Shown here: positions 20,540 through 24,000 of the stretch, piece after piece
Layout of the letters: every line of letters starts with the position of its first letter
How positions within the stretch are numbered: position 1 is the stretch's first letter
From: Orbus hercynius
GTDB lineage: Bacteria; Pseudomonadota; Gammaproteobacteria; Enterobacterales; Orbaceae
DNA length: 24,000 nt
Assembly (NCBI RefSeq): GCF_003634275.1
Contig: NZ_RBWY01000002.1
Span: 407,571 to 431,570, forward strand
Direction of reading: 5' to 3'
Notes under the pieces: generated by a model
Database searches by the model: none
Seen by the model: only the letters and a program-made list of their open reading frames with translations
What the model was told of the DNA's origin: nothing
Translations under genes and position numbers: made by a program

Positions 20540-23284
20540 ATGATAACCGATCCATCTACTTTATTGCGGCGATTAAATCCGTATTGTGCTAAAGCATTAG
20601 AAGCCGCCGCCGGGTTATGTCAGACGCGTGCTCACATCGAAATCACTCCTGAACATTGGTTGCTCAAATTACTCGAGCAAGGTAACGGCGATATGACCGT
20701 TATAGCGCGTCATTACCAACTCAATATGGATGAAATTTGGCAAGGATTACTCAGTTACCTTGATTCATTACCACATACGGTGAATCAAAAGCCCAGTTTA
20801 TCTTCGTCATTAATTAATCTACTACAAGCTGCTTGGCTTAAAGCATCACTTGAAGATCAACAAGATAGCATTCGTTCTGTGCATATTCTTGAAGCATTAC
20901 AAGAGTCACCTCATACCTTAAAAGCGCAAGATGCGTGGCCACTGCTGACCCTACCTGTTATCTCGTTAAAACGTTTAAGACCAAGACTTGATGAAATCTC
21001 AGATGAAAATCCAGTCGCACAAGCTTATGCTGATCACAGTGCTAGCCGCGATGACGCTGAGCAGGCGATTGCAAGTAACGATATTAAAGCTGATGCGGCA
21101 ACTACAGGTAATGATAATGTAAAAGTCGAGCGTCAAAAACATCATCAAGCAGCGCTTGGCCGTTTTTGTGAAGATGTGACCGAAAAGGCCAGATCGGGCA
21201 AAATTGATCCGGTATTTGGGCGTGATAGTGAGATTCGCCAAATGGTGGATATTTTATCCCGTCGCCGTAAGAATAATCCGATTTTAGTCGGTGAGCCGGG
21301 CGTTGGTAAAACGGCACTGGTGGAAGGACTAGCACTAAGAATCATTGACGGTAATGTGCCAAGTAGCCTTAAAGATGTGGCCATTATGACGCTGGATCTG
21401 GGTTTATTACAAGCTGGCGCGGGTGTGAAAGGTGAATTTGAACAGCGTTTAAAAAATGTGATCGATGCGGTGCAGCAGTCCCCAACGCCAATTTTACTGT
21501 TTATCGATGAAGCGCACACCATTATTGGTGCGGGCAATGCGGCGGGTGGCGCGGACGCGGCTAACTTATTAAAACCGGCACTGGCGCGGGGTGAATTGCG
21601 CACGATCGCAGCGACCACTTGGTCTGAGTATAAACAATATTTTGAAAAAGATGCGGCGTTAGAACGTCGTTTCCAAATCGTTAAAGTTGATGAACCGAAT
21701 GATGATAATGCGAGTTTAATGCTACGTGGCTTGAAGTCGCGTTACGCCAAGCATCATGGCGTACATATTTTAGATGAAGCGGTAAAAACTGCTGTTATGC
21801 TCTCGCGCCGTTACATTACTGGGCGGCAGCTACCGGATAAAGCGGTTGATTTGCTCGATACGGCTTCGGCGCGTGTACGCATGAGCCTAGACACGATTCC
21901 AGAATCCGTGACTAAACTGCAAGCAAAAATCGCTGCATTACAGTTAGAGCAAGCAGCACTCATTGCCGATCAAGCATTAGGTGAAACGGATTTACAACAG
22001 CGCGTTGATGAAATTACTCAGCAGAGTGCCCAGTTAACGGAGCAATTGCAATGTTTGCAACAACAATTTGATGCTGAAAAAACACTGATTAGCCAGTTAA
22101 TTGAATTACGCACTCAGGCTTGCGACAAAGACAAAAAAGTGGCCAAACAAATTCAAGAGGCGCAGCAAAAATTAGCCGACCTACAAGGTCATACGCCGCT
22201 ATTATCACTCGATGTTGATAGCCGCACGGTGGCAACTGTTATTGCGGACTGGACCGGCGTACCGCTCGATAGCCTAATGAAAGATGAACAGAGCCATTTG
22301 CTGCGTTTAGAAGATGATTTGCGCACGCGGGTTGTTGGTCAAGATGTTGCGCTTTCGGAACTAGCAAGACGGATTCGCGCAGCGAAAACCGGCTTAACAG
22401 CAGAAGATGCGCCAATGGGTGTATTTTTACTCGTTGGCCCCTCTGGCGTTGGTAAAACCGAGTGCGCATTAGCCTTAGCCGATACCTTATTTGGTGGTGA
22501 GCAATCATTAGTCACCATCAATATGTCAGAGTATCAAGAAGCGCACACCGTGTCACAATTAAAAGGCTCACCGCCAGGGTATGTCGGTTATGGTCAAGGT
22601 GGGGTATTGACTGAAGCGGTCAGAAAACGGCCTTATAGCGTGGTGCTGCTTGATGAAGTTGAAAAAGCGCACCGTGATGTCCTCAATTTATTTTATCAAG
22701 TATTTGATCGTGGCTTTATGCGCGATGGGGAAGGGCGTGAAATTGACTTCCGTAACACCTTGATTTTAATGACTTCCAATCTGGGCAGTGATCAATTAAT
22801 GGCACTATTTGATGAAATGCCTGACGCACCGGTCGCCACGCAGCAAGAACTGTTAAGGCCGATTATTCGTGAGCACTTCCAGCCAGCATTATTAGCTCGC
22901 TTTCAAACCGTAATATTCACGCCGCTTGCGCGCGATGCCATGCGCAAAATTGTTGAAATCAAATTTAACAAAGTGGCTAAACGGTTACAGCAGCATTATC
23001 AAATTACCTTTAATGTCGGTGAAGCGCTGTATGAACAGCTCGTGGGAGCTTGTTTATTACCGGATACTGGCGCGCGTAATATTGACAGTATTTTGAATCA
23101 GCAAATTTTACCGGTTGTTTCTAACTTACTATTACAAAAACGCGATAATGATAAGTCACAGCGTATGTTATGCCTTGATTTTATTGACAATGAAGGCATC
23201 GTGTTAGAGTGGGAAAGTCGCGTTAAAAAACCGAAAGCTAAAGCAAAAGCGGCTAAAACTCGGCCAAGCAAAAAAACCGATTAA
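20540..23284 (+). CDS. clpV: T6SS AAA+ ATPase ClpV (TssH)
   Basis: 914 aa. Clp N-domain; two AAA+ modules with Walker A GEPGVGKT and GPSGVGKT and Walker B LFIDEAH / VLLDEVEKA; coiled-coil middle domain. Located between hcp and vgrG. Confidence 0.93.
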   Translation: MITDPSTLLRRLNPYCAKALEAAAGLCQTRAHIEITPEHWLLKLLEQGNGDMTVIARHYQLNMDEIWQGLLSYLDSLPHTVNQKPSLSSSLINLLQAAWLKASLEDQQDSIRSVHILEALQESPHTLKAQDAWPLLTLPVISLKRLRPRLDEISDENPVAQAYADHSASRDDAEQAIASNDIKADAATTGNDNVKVERQKHHQAALGRFCEDVTEKARSGKIDPVFGRDSEIRQMVDILSRRRKNNPILVGEPGVGKTALVEGLALRIIDGNVPSSLKDVAIMTLDLGLLQAGAGVKGEFEQRLKNVIDAVQQSPTPILLFIDEAHTIIGAGNAAGGADAANLLKPALARGELRTIAATTWSEYKQYFEKDAALERRFQIVKVDEPNDDNASLMLRGLKSRYAKHHGVHILDEAVKTAVMLSRRYITGRQLPDKAVDLLDTASARVRMSLDTIPESVTKLQAKIAALQLEQAALIADQALGETDLQQRVDEITQQSAQLTEQLQCLQQQFDAEKTLISQLIELRTQACDKDKKVAKQIQEAQQKLADLQGHTPLLSLDVDSRTVATVIADWTGVPLDSLMKDEQSHLLRLEDDLRTRVVGQDVALSELARRIRAAKTGLTAEDAPMGVFLLVGPSGVGKTECALALADTLFGGEQSLVTINMSEYQEAHTVSQLKGSPPGYVGYGQGGVLTEAVRKRPYSVVLLDEVEKAHRDVLNLFYQVFDRGFMRDGEGREIDFRNTLILMTSNLGSDQLMALFDEMPDAPVATQQELLRPIIREHFQPALLARFQTVIFTPLARDAMRKIVEIKFNKVAKRLQQHYQITFNVGEALYEQLVGACLLPDTGARNIDSILNQQILPVVSNLLLQKRDNDKSQRMLCLDFIDNEGIVLEWESRVKKPKAKAKAAKTRPSKKTD

Positions 23285-23372
23285 TTCGCCACCATGATCA
23301 ATTGCAATATTGCTGAAATATAAAAATATGGCTTGCCAACGAAGCAGGCCATACTCGAGATAGGAGAACATC

Positions 23373-24000
23373 ATGGCAAAACCATTAAGTCATGCAATCA
23401 ATACCGTCGCAGACGCATTAGTTGGGCAAAGCCATAACCGTTATACATTAAGCATTAATCAGCTTGCTGCGTCGTTATCGGTGGTATCGATACAAGGTAG
23501 TGAACTGTTAAATCAGCCCTGGCGCTATGATGTCACATTTACTTGCCGTGACAAACAAATTCGTGTTGGCTCAGTATTGAGCCAAAGCGCGTCATTAACG
23601 TTTTTGGCACCGGGCATTGTGGAACAAGTGGCACAAATTAGTTCACTTGAGCAGCCAGCAAGCGCCAGAACGCTTTATGGTGTGGTGACCGAATTTAGTC
23701 TACTATCAGTGAATAAAGATGAAGCGCGTTACCGTGTGGTACTGCAACCAAGATTAGCGTTATTTGCTAATGATCATTACAGTGCCATTTACCAGAACCA
23801 GAGTGTGGTTAGCGTCGTTGAGGAGGTCTTGCGTCGTCATGGTTTTACCGGGGTTGATTACCGTTTAGAGCTAAAGGATAGCTATCCAGCCAGAGAGTTT
23901 ATTACCCAATGGCAAGAGACCGATCTGGCATTTATTCAGCGTTTAATGGCTGATGTTGGGATTTGGTTCCGCTTTGAAAGCCATGCCGATCACAGCTGCG
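23373..24000 (+). CDS. vgrG: T6SS spike protein VgrG (TssI), N-terminal part (gene continues beyond the window end)
   Basis: Hand translation from the ATG at 23373 (AGGAG RBS at 23362-23366) gives MAKPLSHAINTVADALVGQSHNRYTLSINQLAASLSVVSIQGSELLNQPWRYDVTF...LYGVVTEFSLLSVNKDEARYRVVLQPRLALF...SVVSVVEEVLRRHGFTGVDYRLELKDSYPAREFITQWQETDLAFIQRLMADVGIWFRFE. This is the gp27-like VgrG N-domain pattern. There is no stop before the window end, so it is absent from the ORF track. Confidence 0.85.
   Translation, partial: MAKPLSHAINTVADALVGQSHNRYTLSINQLAASLSVVSIQGSELLNQPWRYDVTFTCRDKQIRVGSVLSQSASLTFLAPGIVEQVAQISSLEQPASARTLYGVVTEFSLLSVNKDEARYRVVLQPRLALFANDHYSAIYQNQSVVSVVEEVLRRHGFTGVDYRLELKDSYPAREFITQWQETDLAFIQRLMADVGIWFRFESHADHSC

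Noticed and set aside
21145-21618. 157-aa antisense ORF inside clpV. The same reasoning covers the other minus-strand ORFs at 20999-21241, 21102-21335, 22239-22508 and 22339-22521.
   Set aside because: It lies entirely within the well-supported clpV reading frame and has a low-complexity Ala/Ser/Pro-rich translation typical of shadow ORFs opposite a GC-richer coding region. It has no RBS and no recognisable motifs.
12631-24000. Calling the T6SS region a mobile genomic island or mobile element.
   Set aside because: No integrase, transposase, tRNA attachment site or flanking direct repeats are visible in the window. Only a qualitative AT-richness shift supports it, so I list it as context rather than as a mobile element.

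Overview
Low-GC gammaproteobacterial chromosomal window, organism not identifiable from sequence alone. Everything is on the + strand except a truncated, divergently transcribed response-regulator gene at the left edge. There are three blocks.

(1) 389-6439: a seven-gene accessory cluster whose pathway I cannot assign. It encodes a PHOSPHO/MtnX-like HAD phosphatase, an alpha/beta hydrolase, two translationally coupled 4-TM EamA/ArnEF-like half-transporters, a divergent class-III aminotransferase, a FemAB/CelD-like GNAT acyltransferase and an arginase-fold metallohydrolase. An intrinsic terminator lies between genes 5 and 6.

(2) 6747-12630: housekeeping glutamate synthase gltB-gltD, very close to the E. 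coli proteins, ending in a clean terminator.

(3) 12807-24000: a visibly AT-rich LuxR-family regulator that keeps the AHL-binding signature residues, with no LuxI in the window. It is followed directly by the left arm of a type VI secretion cluster, tssB-tssC-tssK-tssL-tagL-hcp-clpV-vgrG (vgrG cut by the window end). As far as I recall this is the same order as EAEC Sci-1. tssA/E/F/G/J/M and any effector/immunity genes are not in the window.

I saw no rRNA, tRNA, CRISPR array, transposase or integrase. The best candidate for something undescribed is the 389-6439 cluster. Secondary leads are the LuxR solo with a lux-box-like dyad at the tssB promoter, a TagL-like protein whose cytoplasmic domain looks like a degenerate TssM NTPase domain, and a G10 tract inside gltD. 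All functional calls rest on motif recognition by eye; no database search was run.
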